DNA of 64,000 nt from a virus, in the IMG/VR virus record IMGVR_UViG_3300026097_001055, positions 32,001-96,000 of that record. One strand, given 5' to 3'. The notes under the pieces were generated by a model. That model worked only from the letters and a program-made list of their open reading frames with translations. It searched no databases and was not told where the DNA came from. The position numbers were made by a program, and so were the translations under genes. Below, in pieces: positions 1 through 8,028 of the stretch (position 1 is its first letter; each line of letters opens with the position of its first letter).

Positions 1-2
1 CT

Positions 3-1082
3 CGTGGTGAATATGGAGAAAGATTCTCTGATATTACTACAGGTGCAGGATTCCGTGAGTTCTATAACTATGTAGGAGGTGCAGAAGCACACGTGCATTA
101 TTCAATTTCTTCTCGTGCTGACCTTATGATTAAGGGTGGTATGAATGCAGACGGTACAGTTCCAGTAACTGAAATCTGGAGAAACTTTGATAAAACTGTA
201 GATCCATCCATTAACTCTCTTGAGGACATGGTTAAAGTTATGGGTAAAGACAAAGTAAAGAAAGCTTTTGATAATGGAGATTTATCACGTACTTTCCTTA
301 CTCAAATGGAATCAGCTCATTTAACTAAAATTGCTAAAGATATTGAGACATACCTTATGTGGGGTCATGGTGGACGTGTTCGTCAAGATGGTCCAGATGA
401 TGTTAGATTATCAGTAGGTCTTTGGAAGCAATTGGATAACTCTTTCAAAAGAGTATATAACAAGAACAACTTTACATTAGATTTATTCCGTGGAGAAATT
501 TATAATTTCTTTAATGGTAAAGTTGAGTTTGAAGGTCCAGATCCAAAACGTGAGTTAATTGTACAAACTGGTATGGCCGGTATGCGTATGGTTAATGAAG
601 CTATTGCTAATGAAGCTGTTAACTCTGGTCTTGTTATTCAAGCTGCAGATATCGGTGCAATCACTGGTAAAGGTATGGACTTGAATTTTGGATTCTCTTA
701 CACTTCTTATGTTATTCCTTTCTTAGCTAACGTTAAGTTTGTAGTTAATCCAGCATTTGATAATGTTCATACAAATGATATTGAGAACCCAATCATTGAT
801 GGTTACCCATTATCATCTTATTCTTTCATCATCTTTGATATTACTGATAACACTAATGATAACATATTCTTATTGAAGTTATCTTGGGATAATCAGTTGA
901 AATGGTGGTATCAGAATGGTACTATGGATTACATGGGACGTAGCCAAGGATTCCAGTCTTCTGGACAATTTAATGGATATCGTGTAATGATGTCACAAAC
1001 AATGCCTGCTATTTGGGTTAAGGATCCAACTAAGGTTCTTAAAATAGTAATGAGAAACCCAATTACTGGAGGAAGTTTCTAA
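3..1082 (+). CDS. Major capsid protein, crAss-like (5'-truncated by window edge)
   Basis: Frame is open from position 3 (RGEYGERFSD...), upstream of the ORF-track GTG at 93. The C-terminal region resembles crAss-like MCPs; it is followed by a strong terminator and the crAss gene order. Confidence 0.8.
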   Translation, partial: RGEYGERFSDITTGAGFREFYNYVGGAEAHVHYSISSRADLMIKGGMNADGTVPVTEIWRNFDKTVDPSINSLEDMVKVMGKDKVKKAFDNGDLSRTFLTQMESAHLTKIAKDIETYLMWGHGGRVRQDGPDDVRLSVGLWKQLDNSFKRVYNKNNFTLDLFRGEIYNFFNGKVEFEGPDPKRELIVQTGMAGMRMVNEAIANEAVNSGLVIQAADIGAITGKGMDLNFGFSYTSYVIPFLANVKFVVNPAFDNVHTNDIENPIIDGYPLSSYSFIIFDITDNTNDNIFLLKLSWDNQLKWWYQNGTMDYMGRSQGFQSSGQFNGYRVMMSQTMPAIWVKDPTKVLKIVMRNPITGGSF

Positions 1083-1102
1083 TAATCTCAGAATAACATA
1101 AT

Positions 1103-1130
1103 AGGGGAGGGTAACTCCTCCCCTTTTTTT
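1103..1130 (+). terminator. Rho-independent terminator after MCP
   Basis: AGGGGAGGG-TAA-CTCCTCCCCT hairpin followed by a T7 tract. Confidence 0.85.
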
Positions 1131-1155
1131 AATAAATATAAAAACCAAAAAAAAG

Positions 1156-2169
1156 ATGAGTGAAAATTTCACAATGGTAGAAGTACCAACAGACAAAAAA
1201 ACAAAAATTGCTATCAGACCTTTTGTTGATAAGCAAGTTGAGAACATGGGTCTAGAGACCTACGGACAAGCGTTGTATGATGGTGTAGTACACTATGAAC
1301 AATTAGCATGTTTAGAGAATAACGGTGTAATTAGATATCTTACAGGATTAAATGAATTTGCTCCTGAGATTAAACAATTACCTAAAGAAATGCGTGAAGC
1401 TAGAGTTAAGCATATTCGTGAAGCTATAGCAGATTTAGAAAAAGAATTAGCATCTAATGTAATAGATACAGAAGATACTGAATTTTGGAACAAGGTTCAA
1501 TTATTAAGACCTAATAATACTGAATTTTGGAATAAGATATCAATCCAATGCAGTAATGAACCCACTTATTTAGACATGACCAATCCATATGACCGAATTA
1601 AGCTTTATGCTATTGAGGCTGGAGGATTTGATATAGTTGCTAAAAGTTATGAGGATGCAAAAACAAAAAGCAAACCTCCTAAGTTTTATTTAGACAAAGA
1701 AGAAGAAACAGTATCTACAAGAACTGAGTACAAAAAATTACGTAATAAAGCTCTTTCTGAACTTGAAAAACTTTTTGCTAAAAATACTACTAAGTTATTT
1801 TATATTGCTAAAGTTGTAGATATTAATAGTGTACAGTATAAGAAAGATACTCCTAAAGATATTCTTTATGATAATATGGATAAACATATTCATGGAGAAG
1901 GAGGTGAATCTAATATGGAACGTGCAGCTAAGTCTTTCTTAGATGCTGTAAATTCTAATATGGAAACCCTTAAACTTAGAGCTGTAGTAAAAGATTCAGC
2001 TTATTATAAATTAATTTCTACCAAATCTGATGGGTATTTTTATCATATGAAATCAGGTACTGTGTTAGGTAGAAACGTTTCTGATGTAGTAGAATTTTTA
2101 AAGAATCCTATGAATGATGACATTTTTAAAATTCTAAATACAGAAATTGAAAAATTGTGGAATATTTAA
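1156..2169 (+). CDS. Conserved crAss-like protein downstream of MCP (gene 75-like)
   Basis: 337-aa ORF syntenic directly after MCP; C-terminal LGRNVSDVVEFLKNP motif recalled from this family. Confidence 0.55.
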   Translation: MSENFTMVEVPTDKKTKIAIRPFVDKQVENMGLETYGQALYDGVVHYEQLACLENNGVIRYLTGLNEFAPEIKQLPKEMREARVKHIREAIADLEKELASNVIDTEDTEFWNKVQLLRPNNTEFWNKISIQCSNEPTYLDMTNPYDRIKLYAIEAGGFDIVAKSYEDAKTKSKPPKFYLDKEEETVSTRTEYKKLRNKALSELEKLFAKNTTKLFYIAKVVDINSVQYKKDTPKDILYDNMDKHIHGEGGESNMERAAKSFLDAVNSNMETLKLRAVVKDSAYYKLISTKSDGYFYHMKSGTVLGRNVSDVVEFLKNPMNDDIFKILNTEIEKLWNI

Positions 2170-2181
2170 AATTATATAATA

Positions 2182-2406
2182 ATGCCTATTAGAAAATTAA
2201 GTTTTAAAAAAAGCAAAGAAGAAATTCTTAAAAATAAAAAAGCTCAAAAAACTACCAGTACAAAAAAAGCGGCAGGAACTAAACCTGCTGCTAAATCTGA
2301 ATTAACCCCAGAACAGATTGCTGAGAAAAAAGCTAAAAAGGCTAAAGCTGATAAAAAGTACAGAGCTAAGAAAAAAGCTGAAAAGGAAGCAGCTAAAGAC
2401 AAGTAA
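2182..2406 (+). CDS. Small Lys/Ala-rich basic (histone H1-like) protein
   Basis: 74 aa dominated by K and A (KKAKKAKADKKYRAKKK); A-rich start context. Confidence 0.7.
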   Translation: MPIRKLSFKKSKEEILKNKKAQKTTSTKKAAGTKPAAKSELTPEQIAEKKAKKAKADKKYRAKKKAEKEAAKDK

Positions 2407-2424
2407 CAATTTAAATAATATAAA

Positions 2425-3135
2425 ATGAAAAGTGTTAAAAAAAGAACACCTTTAAAAAAAGCACAAGCTGGTGGGGCTAAAAAGAGAATTGCTAAAAGAA
2501 TTGCTAAAAATGAAGCAAAAAAAGAACTAGCTATTGCAAAAGGTAAAAAAAAGGCTGCTAAAACAAAAGCCAAAGAAGAAAGAAAAACTATTAAAGCTGT
2601 AAATAAAAATACTCGTTCTAAAATAGAAGGTTATAAAAATACAGCAGATAAAAGAAAAACAAGAGCTAAAACAGCACAAAAAACTATTGGAGCAGCTAGA
2701 TCTAGTAAAAGAGATGTTAATGTTAAAGGAGACCGTAGACTTATTGGTAATAATACAAAAGTAACTAAAACTGATAATAGTGTAAAAAATAAAAGTACTA
2801 ATTTAAAAAGTAGTTCATCAGCTAGTCAACAACAACAACAAAAACAAAGTACAGGTTCTGGTAATAAAAGCTCTGATAATAGAAGAGGAGACACAAGAAG
2901 ACCTGGGCCTCAAAAACCTAGACCTCAAAAACCTAGACCTCAAAAACCTAGACCTCAAAAACCTAGACCTACTACTCCTGAAAGTCGTAAGAAATTAGAT
3001 GACCTACTTAAAAGTGGTAGATATAAGACTATGAAAAAAGGAGGTTCTAAACCTAAAGCAAGATACGGAAAAACAGTAAAACCTGCTATGATGAAAAAAG
3101 GTGGTGCTGCTAAAAGAAAAACAACTAAAAAATAA
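2425..3135 (+). CDS. Lys/Arg-rich basic low-complexity protein
   Basis: 236 aa, very basic; PQKPR x4, AQAGG and two MKKGG motifs. Confidence 0.75.
   Translation: MKSVKKRTPLKKAQAGGAKKRIAKRIAKNEAKKELAIAKGKKKAAKTKAKEERKTIKAVNKNTRSKIEGYKNTADKRKTRAKTAQKTIGAARSSKRDVNVKGDRRLIGNNTKVTKTDNSVKNKSTNLKSSSSASQQQQQKQSTGSGNKSSDNRRGDTRRPGPQKPRPQKPRPQKPRPQKPRPTTPESRKKLDDLLKSGRYKTMKKGGSKPKARYGKTVKPAMMKKGGAAKRKTTKK
2908..2970 (+). repeat. 15-bp coding tandem repeat x4 (PQKPR)
   Basis: CCTCAAAAACCTAGA, four perfect copies plus CCT. Confidence 0.95.
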
Positions 3136-3141
3136 ATAATC

Positions 3142-3309
3142 ATGACAGGATCAATGAAGAACCCAAACAACATGGCTACTTTTGAAGTTCAAAAATCTCC
3201 AAAAGGACGTGTAGGTGGAACAAGTGTTTCACCAGCTACTGCTCAAATGAAACCTAAAGGTAGAGTAGGTGGTACATCTAAGGCACCAAATAAAGCAATG
3301 CCTTGTTAA
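3142..3309 (+). CDS. 55-aa basic protein with internal repeat (missed by ORF track)
   Basis: Manual translation MTGSMKNPNNMATFEVQKSPKGRVGGTSVSPATAQMKPKGRVGGTSKAPNKAMPC; fills the gap between genes; PKGRVGGTS x2 with synonymous differences. Confidence 0.75.
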   Translation: MTGSMKNPNNMATFEVQKSPKGRVGGTSVSPATAQMKPKGRVGGTSKAPNKAMPC

Positions 3310-3317
3310 ATTAATGT

Positions 3318-3359
3318 GCTCCTCATGCCTCTTAACAATGCACACTTGAGGAGCCTTTT
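3318..3359 (+). other. Intergenic hairpin (terminator-like or structured RNA element)
   Basis: GCTCCTCA...TGAGGAGC 8-bp stem enclosing TGCCTCTTAACAATGCACACT, then CTTTT. Confidence 0.55.
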
Positions 3360-3369
3360 AATAATTATT

Positions 3370-3546
3370 ATGAGTAAGAGTAAAGTAAATAAAGCTGGTA
3401 ATTATACCAAACCTGGAATGCGTAAAAAGCTTTTTGAAAAAATAAAAGCTGGAAATAAAGGTGGTAGTCCAGGACAGTGGTCAGCTAGAAAAGCTCAGAT
3501 GCTTGCAAAGCAATATAAAGCTAACGGTGGTGGTTATAAAAATTAA
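3370..3546 (+). CDS. Small basic protein, DUF5872-like N-terminal half
   Basis: ATG 3370 (MSKSKVNKAGNYTKPGMRKKLFEKIKAGNKGGSPGQWSARKAQMLAKQYKANGGGYKN); GG.PGQWSARKAQ signature recalled; GTG 3316 lies in the hairpin. Confidence 0.7.
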   Translation: MSKSKVNKAGNYTKPGMRKKLFEKIKAGNKGGSPGQWSARKAQMLAKQYKANGGGYKN

Positions 3547-3572
3547 TTATTAATATAAAAAACAAAAAAATT

Positions 3573-3755
3573 ATGCCAAACAATATGAAAAAAGCAGGAA
3601 TGAAGTACAAAAAAGGCGGCTCTTCAATGAAAAGCGGAGGTACTAAGTTAAAAGAAGCATTAACAAAAGCTGGATATAAGAAAGGTGGAGGAGTAAAGAA
3701 AAAAGCTGCAACTCCTTCTTCTAAAAAAAGAATTTCTGTTAAAAAGAAAAAGTAA
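3573..3755 (+). CDS. 60-aa Lys-rich protein with YKKGG/MKSGG motifs
   Basis: About one third Lys; tightly packed with its neighbours. Confidence 0.7.
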   Translation: MPNNMKKAGMKYKKGGSSMKSGGTKLKEALTKAGYKKGGGVKKKAATPSSKKRISVKKKK

Positions 3756-3760
3756 TAGCA

Positions 3761-4015
3761 ATGGCAAAAAAAGCACCTCAAAAAAGTTTAGATAAATGGA
3801 CTAAACAAAAGTGGAGAACTGCAAGTGGAAAACCTTCTACTCAAGGGAGTAAAGCTACTGGTGAGGTGTATGCACCTGCTAAAACTATTTCTAAACTTAA
3901 AAGTTCAAAAGCTGGTAAAAAAAAATTAGCTAATGCTAATAGTGTAAAAAGAAAAGCTACTAAACAAGGTAAACAACATGCACCACATGGTTTACATAAA
4001 GGTAAAAAAAGATAA
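3761..4015 (+). CDS. Small basic protein, DUF5872-like C-terminal half
   Basis: QKSLDKWTKQKWRT.SGK...GE.Y.P signature. Confidence 0.65.
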   Translation: MAKKAPQKSLDKWTKQKWRTASGKPSTQGSKATGEVYAPAKTISKLKSSKAGKKKLANANSVKRKATKQGKQHAPHGLHKGKKR

Positions 4016-4017
4016 CA

Positions 4018-4305
4018 ATGGCTACTAAAAAAGATTCACGTTTAGCTAAAGTAGGAGTAAGTGGTTATAATAAACCTAAACGTACTCCTAGTCATCCTAC
4101 TAAATCTCATGTAGTTGTAGCTAAAAAAGGTGATAAAATTAAAACTATCAGGTTTGGTCAACAAGGTGTTAAAGGTGCTGGTAAAAACCCTAAATCTGAT
4201 AAAGATAAAGCACGTAAAAAATCTTACTATGCAAGACACAATGCCCAAGATTCTAAACCTGATAAGTTATCTGCTAGATATTGGTCTCATAAAGTTAAAT
4301 GGTAA
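4018..4305 (+). CDS. Small basic viral protein (DUF5754-like)
   Basis: KTIRFGQQG...RKKSYYARH...DKLSARYWS..KW pattern recalled from environmental phage and giant-virus proteins. Confidence 0.6.
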   Translation: MATKKDSRLAKVGVSGYNKPKRTPSHPTKSHVVVAKKGDKIKTIRFGQQGVKGAGKNPKSDKDKARKKSYYARHNAQDSKPDKLSARYWSHKVKW

Positions 4306-4311
4306 TATAAA

Positions 4312-5010
4312 ATGTTAAATCAAACTATCATATTAAAAGTAAAACAAAGGCTCAATAAATTAGATAGCCAAGACTATGATAACATAGAAACTTGGATGAT
4401 TCTTGAAGCTTTTAATAAAGCTCAAGTAGAATGGGCTAGAAGACAGCTTCATGGGATGAATACATTAAGAGAAGGTGATGAGCAAAGTACTAGAAGAAAA
4501 GATGACCTTCAAGTACTGCTCATTACTGAACCTATGGCTGTTACAGAACGTAAATTGTTTTATGAAGGTCCTATACCAGAAGACTATTTACAATGGAAAA
4601 GAGTAGATATAACTGCTGTTTCTGATTGTTGTACTTCTGATAATATGGTAGTTTATTTAGCTGAAGAAGGTAACGTAAGTGAACTACTTAGAGATAAATC
4701 TAAACAACCTAACTTTGATTGGAGAGAAACTTTTGCTACTTTAAAAGATGATAATATTTTAATTTATACAAATGGAGAATTTACTATTGATAATGCTTCT
4801 TTTACTTATTACAGACAACCCGAAAGGATTGAGATAACAGGTATTGTAAACCCTTATACTGGAATAGTCTCCCCTGCAGATATACTAGCAGAATTTAAAG
4901 ATGACATTATAGAATTAATAATAGATGAAACTGTAAGCATTTTAGGTGGCGATATTGAATCACCTAACCAAATGGGTAGAGGAATGCAAACTGCAGAAAG
5001 AAACAATTAA
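4312..5010 (+). CDS. crAss-like ring / head-tail connector protein
   Basis: 232 aa; N-terminal LNKLDSQ..N....I...FNKAQ pattern; position in the capsid module. Confidence 0.55.
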   Translation: MLNQTIILKVKQRLNKLDSQDYDNIETWMILEAFNKAQVEWARRQLHGMNTLREGDEQSTRRKDDLQVLLITEPMAVTERKLFYEGPIPEDYLQWKRVDITAVSDCCTSDNMVVYLAEEGNVSELLRDKSKQPNFDWRETFATLKDDNILIYTNGEFTIDNASFTYYRQPERIEITGIVNPYTGIVSPADILAEFKDDIIELIIDETVSILGGDIESPNQMGRGMQTAERNN

Positions 5011-5014
5011 TACA

Positions 5015-5521
5015 ATGAGTACAAGAATGTTAAAACGTCCAAGTGCAAATGAACCTATTAAAAAATTAAGTAGGCCATCAGCACAAGCTCAGGAAAAACC
5101 TGTAATAAGTAAACCAGCTGATACATCAAATGTAACTAGTAATTTAGATACATCTATGAGTAATTGTATCACAGAATTAATGAATGCTAGAAACGTATTT
5201 CATAAGCTTCATTTAAAAATAATGGGTACTGGTTCTTATGCTGCTCATAAAGCACTTAATAAACTTTATGATAAAATTCCAGATTATGTAGATGTACTTA
5301 CAGAAGGTTATCAAGGAGTAACTGAAAAATTACTATCTTATAAAAACATATCTGAAAGAACTGTAGATGATGTAGCTGATGCATTAGATTACATTAGAGA
5401 ACTTTATGCAATGGTAAATAAATTACAAGGTATGATGCCTTATTCTGAAATAGTAAATAATCTTGATTTAGTAAAAGATTCTTTAAATTCAACTAAATAT
5501 AAACTATTATTTTTAAAATAG
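5015..5521 (+). CDS. Dps/ferritin-like protein (DUF5856-like) with basic N-terminal extension
   Basis: HKLHLKIMGTGSYAAHKALNKLYD....D.L.E.YQG matches the Dps four-helix ferroxidase pattern; ATG 5015 preferred over the overlapping GTG 4946. Confidence 0.75.
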   Translation: MSTRMLKRPSANEPIKKLSRPSAQAQEKPVISKPADTSNVTSNLDTSMSNCITELMNARNVFHKLHLKIMGTGSYAAHKALNKLYDKIPDYVDVLTEGYQGVTEKLLSYKNISERTVDDVADALDYIRELYAMVNKLQGMMPYSEIVNNLDLVKDSLNSTKYKLLFLK

Positions 5522-5552
5522 TTGTTTCTTTAAAATCTTTTACTTATATTAT
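5521..5552 (+). promoter_or_regulatory. Putative Bacteroidota-type promoter
   Basis: GTTG (5521-5524), 20-nt spacer, TATATTAT (5545-5552); same spacing as other sites in the window. Confidence 0.5.
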
Positions 5553-5586
5553 GTATATATATATGTTAAACTAAATAAATAAAAAA

Positions 5587-7272
5587 ATGGCTTATTTTAA
5601 TCATGCTTTTCGCAAGATGTTTTTAGCTACAGGAACACAACAATTAGGTGCACCTGTTGTTGATTTAGCGGGAAACACAATTACAGCAAACACTGCTGGA
5701 TCTTTGTTAGACACAAGTGGTCTTAACACAAATGTTTTAAATCAATTATCTCAAATTCAGAAATCTGGCGGTTCTCCTTTGACTTCTGGATATGTTGGTA
5801 TTTTTGATCCTAAAACTCATGAAAGTTATACAGATAATGATCTTACTGATTGTTGTCCTATTTACATTGCAGGTTCTGCAATACAAGCTAATGACAAAAT
5901 TGGTCCATTCCACGGAGGATATACTGAGACTAACAAGTCTAAGACAATCAATCCAAAGTATGTATCACGTTTGTATTCACAAGAGGCTTGTCCAGCAAGT
6001 TCTGATGTTGTAAATATAGGATCAACTCCTTATAATGCGGGAGGTGCTGTATTAACTGCAAGTGTATCAAATACAGGTTCAGGTTATACACCTGGTACTT
6101 ATAATGTTACAACAACTGGAGGAACAGGAGTAGGTGTAGTTTTTGAAATAGCAGTTGGTCCAGGTGGTGATGTAGTTTCTGTTAATTCTATAGCTGCTAC
6201 TGGTAATAGTTATACTGCTGGAGATATTTTAACTGTTGTAGGAGGTGATAATAATGCAGAAATAGAAATTCTTACAGTTAATCAAGCTGCAGGAGATGAT
6301 TCTTGTTGTGCTACTTTCTTATGTGATGAAACTTATTCATTACGTTTAGATATCAAAGGTTCACCTGCATTACGTTTTTTAAATCGTAATACATACCTTA
6401 CAGTTGATGCTTACACAGGATGTTGTGATGATGATGATATTGATCCAACTCCAGTAGATTCTACTTTAGTGTTTATAGAGTGGGCTAAACAAATTGTTAG
6501 TTCACCATTAATTTCTCCATTTGTTAAATTAGTAGTAATAGCTCAGGATGGTACAATATTATATGATCCAGCAACAAGTGCATCTGATTTAGCACAAACA
6601 GCTTCTGGAATGACTTGGGATGATTATGTATCTCCAGGATATATTGAAGATGCGTGTGGAGGTATAATTCTTGAAGGAGCTTATGTTGATACTAAATTTG
6701 GTGATTGTACTTTCCAATCAACTGATTTCTTTGAAAAAGAACCGGTATTGTTATATGCTTCTTTAATAGATTACAATGGTGATCCTTGTGAATTTGAAGG
6801 ATTGTGTGTAATTAAAGAATGTAATGCTAAACAAGCAGAAGGTTTTGGTGAGCAAGTAATGCGTGATTTAATCATGTCTGAGTCTTACCGTCAAAATTTC
6901 TTCCATAGTGATTTACGTATACGTGAAATTACTCAAGGTAACCAAATGTTATCTGATATAGATCGTAGTGCACAATATGACCGTTTGTATTTGTTACACA
7001 GTGTTCCACGTTTTAACAATCCATCATCTACATTTGATAATGATCAATACTTATTAGAGTTTGTAGCATTAGCTGGATCTGGTTCATTAACACCTTTACA
7101 AACTACATTAGGTACATGGTTAGAAGGCTGTGGTGTTTGTGAAATTGAGGCATTTGAATGCTCAGTTCCATGTGATGTTATTGTTGATATACCTCCTTTT
7201 GTAGAGAACTTAAGAGGAAAAGATCTTTCTGGTAGAATTTCTGCAGCTGCAGCTGGATCTGTTACACCATAA
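5587..7272 (+). CDS. Structural protein, likely auxiliary capsid protein
   Basis: 561 aa, Cys-rich, with its own promoter and terminator (suggests high copy); position as in crAss-like capsid modules; Gly/Thr-rich GSGY insert. Confidence 0.55.
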   Translation: MAYFNHAFRKMFLATGTQQLGAPVVDLAGNTITANTAGSLLDTSGLNTNVLNQLSQIQKSGGSPLTSGYVGIFDPKTHESYTDNDLTDCCPIYIAGSAIQANDKIGPFHGGYTETNKSKTINPKYVSRLYSQEACPASSDVVNIGSTPYNAGGAVLTASVSNTGSGYTPGTYNVTTTGGTGVGVVFEIAVGPGGDVVSVNSIAATGNSYTAGDILTVVGGDNNAEIEILTVNQAAGDDSCCATFLCDETYSLRLDIKGSPALRFLNRNTYLTVDAYTGCCDDDDIDPTPVDSTLVFIEWAKQIVSSPLISPFVKLVVIAQDGTILYDPATSASDLAQTASGMTWDDYVSPGYIEDACGGIILEGAYVDTKFGDCTFQSTDFFEKEPVLLYASLIDYNGDPCEFEGLCVIKECNAKQAEGFGEQVMRDLIMSESYRQNFFHSDLRIREITQGNQMLSDIDRSAQYDRLYLLHSVPRFNNPSSTFDNDQYLLEFVALAGSGSLTPLQTTLGTWLEGCGVCEIEAFECSVPCDVIVDIPPFVENLRGKDLSGRISAAAAGSVTP

Positions 7273-7292
7273 TAAACTATTAACAACTTAAT

Positions 7293-7330
7293 AAAAGGAG
7301 AGCGAGAGGTTATTTCTCCTCTCCTTTTTT
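7293..7330 (+). terminator. Rho-independent terminator
   Basis: AAAAGGAGAG-C-GAGA / TCTC-CTCTCCTTTT hairpin plus T tract. Confidence 0.8.
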
Positions 7331-7342
7331 ATTTTTTATTTT

Positions 7343-7882
7343 ATGACTCACAAGCTAAGTTTAGAAGTTCCAACAGTATTAAATACTTGCATATTAAAAT
7401 TATTTGATACTAGTGTATACAATGACTTGTTACCTGTAACATGTCCTACATTACATATTACACCTCCAGGTTTTAATTACTCTATTGAGTTAGATTTTAC
7501 ACCTGGTGGAAATGCTGTTATTACAGCTTGTGATATTGATTTACAAACGGTTGATTGTGGAGCAGTATTTGATTCTATTCCTGATGGAGTTTATATAATT
7601 AAATACAGTGTATCTCCAAATGAACAAGTATTTGTAGAATATAATCATTTAAGAACTACAATAGCTTTAAAAAGAATTTCTAAAATACTATGTGAATTAG
7701 ATTTAGCAGCATGTGAACCTAGTAATAAAGTATCTAAAAAGCTGGATCAACTTCATAAAATAAGAACTTATTTAGATGCAGCTAAAGCAAAAGTAGAATA
7801 TTGTCATGAGCCTCAAAAAGGTATGACCTTATACAACTATGCTATTAAACTTTTAAATAAGTTAGATTGCATTAATTGTTAA
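7343..7882 (+). CDS. Cys-rich putative structural protein
   Basis: 179 aa; IPDGVYIIKYSV beta motif then a helical C-terminus; located in the structural module. Confidence 0.6.
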   Translation: MTHKLSLEVPTVLNTCILKLFDTSVYNDLLPVTCPTLHITPPGFNYSIELDFTPGGNAVITACDIDLQTVDCGAVFDSIPDGVYIIKYSVSPNEQVFVEYNHLRTTIALKRISKILCELDLAACEPSNKVSKKLDQLHKIRTYLDAAKAKVEYCHEPQKGMTLYNYAIKLLNKLDCINC

Positions 7883-7903
7883 AATCTAATAAAAACCAAA
7901 ATT

Positions 7904-8026
7904 ATGAATAAGTGCACAAACTGTGGAAAAGCATTAAATTGCGGATGTAAAAGAAGAAAAGCATCAGATGGTAAATCATGTTGTACAGCTTGTCTTAATA
8001 AGTATGAAAATAGTATTAAAAAATAA
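7904..8026 (+). CDS. 40-aa Cys-rich metallothionein/zinc-finger-like peptide (missed by ORF track)
   Basis: MNKCTNCGKALNCGCKRRKASDGKSCCTACLNKYENSIKK; 7 Cys; AAAAACCAAAATT-ATG start; stop is 2 nt before the next ATG. Confidence 0.75.
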   Translation: MNKCTNCGKALNCGCKRRKASDGKSCCTACLNKYENSIKK

Positions 8027-8028
8027 TC

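Noticed and set aside
3316-5014. ORF-track starts at GTG 3316 and GTG 4946 (also 48510 and 63585)
   Set aside because: They overlap a hairpin or the upstream gene; nearby ATGs in A-rich context (3370, 5015, 48519, 63576) fit better
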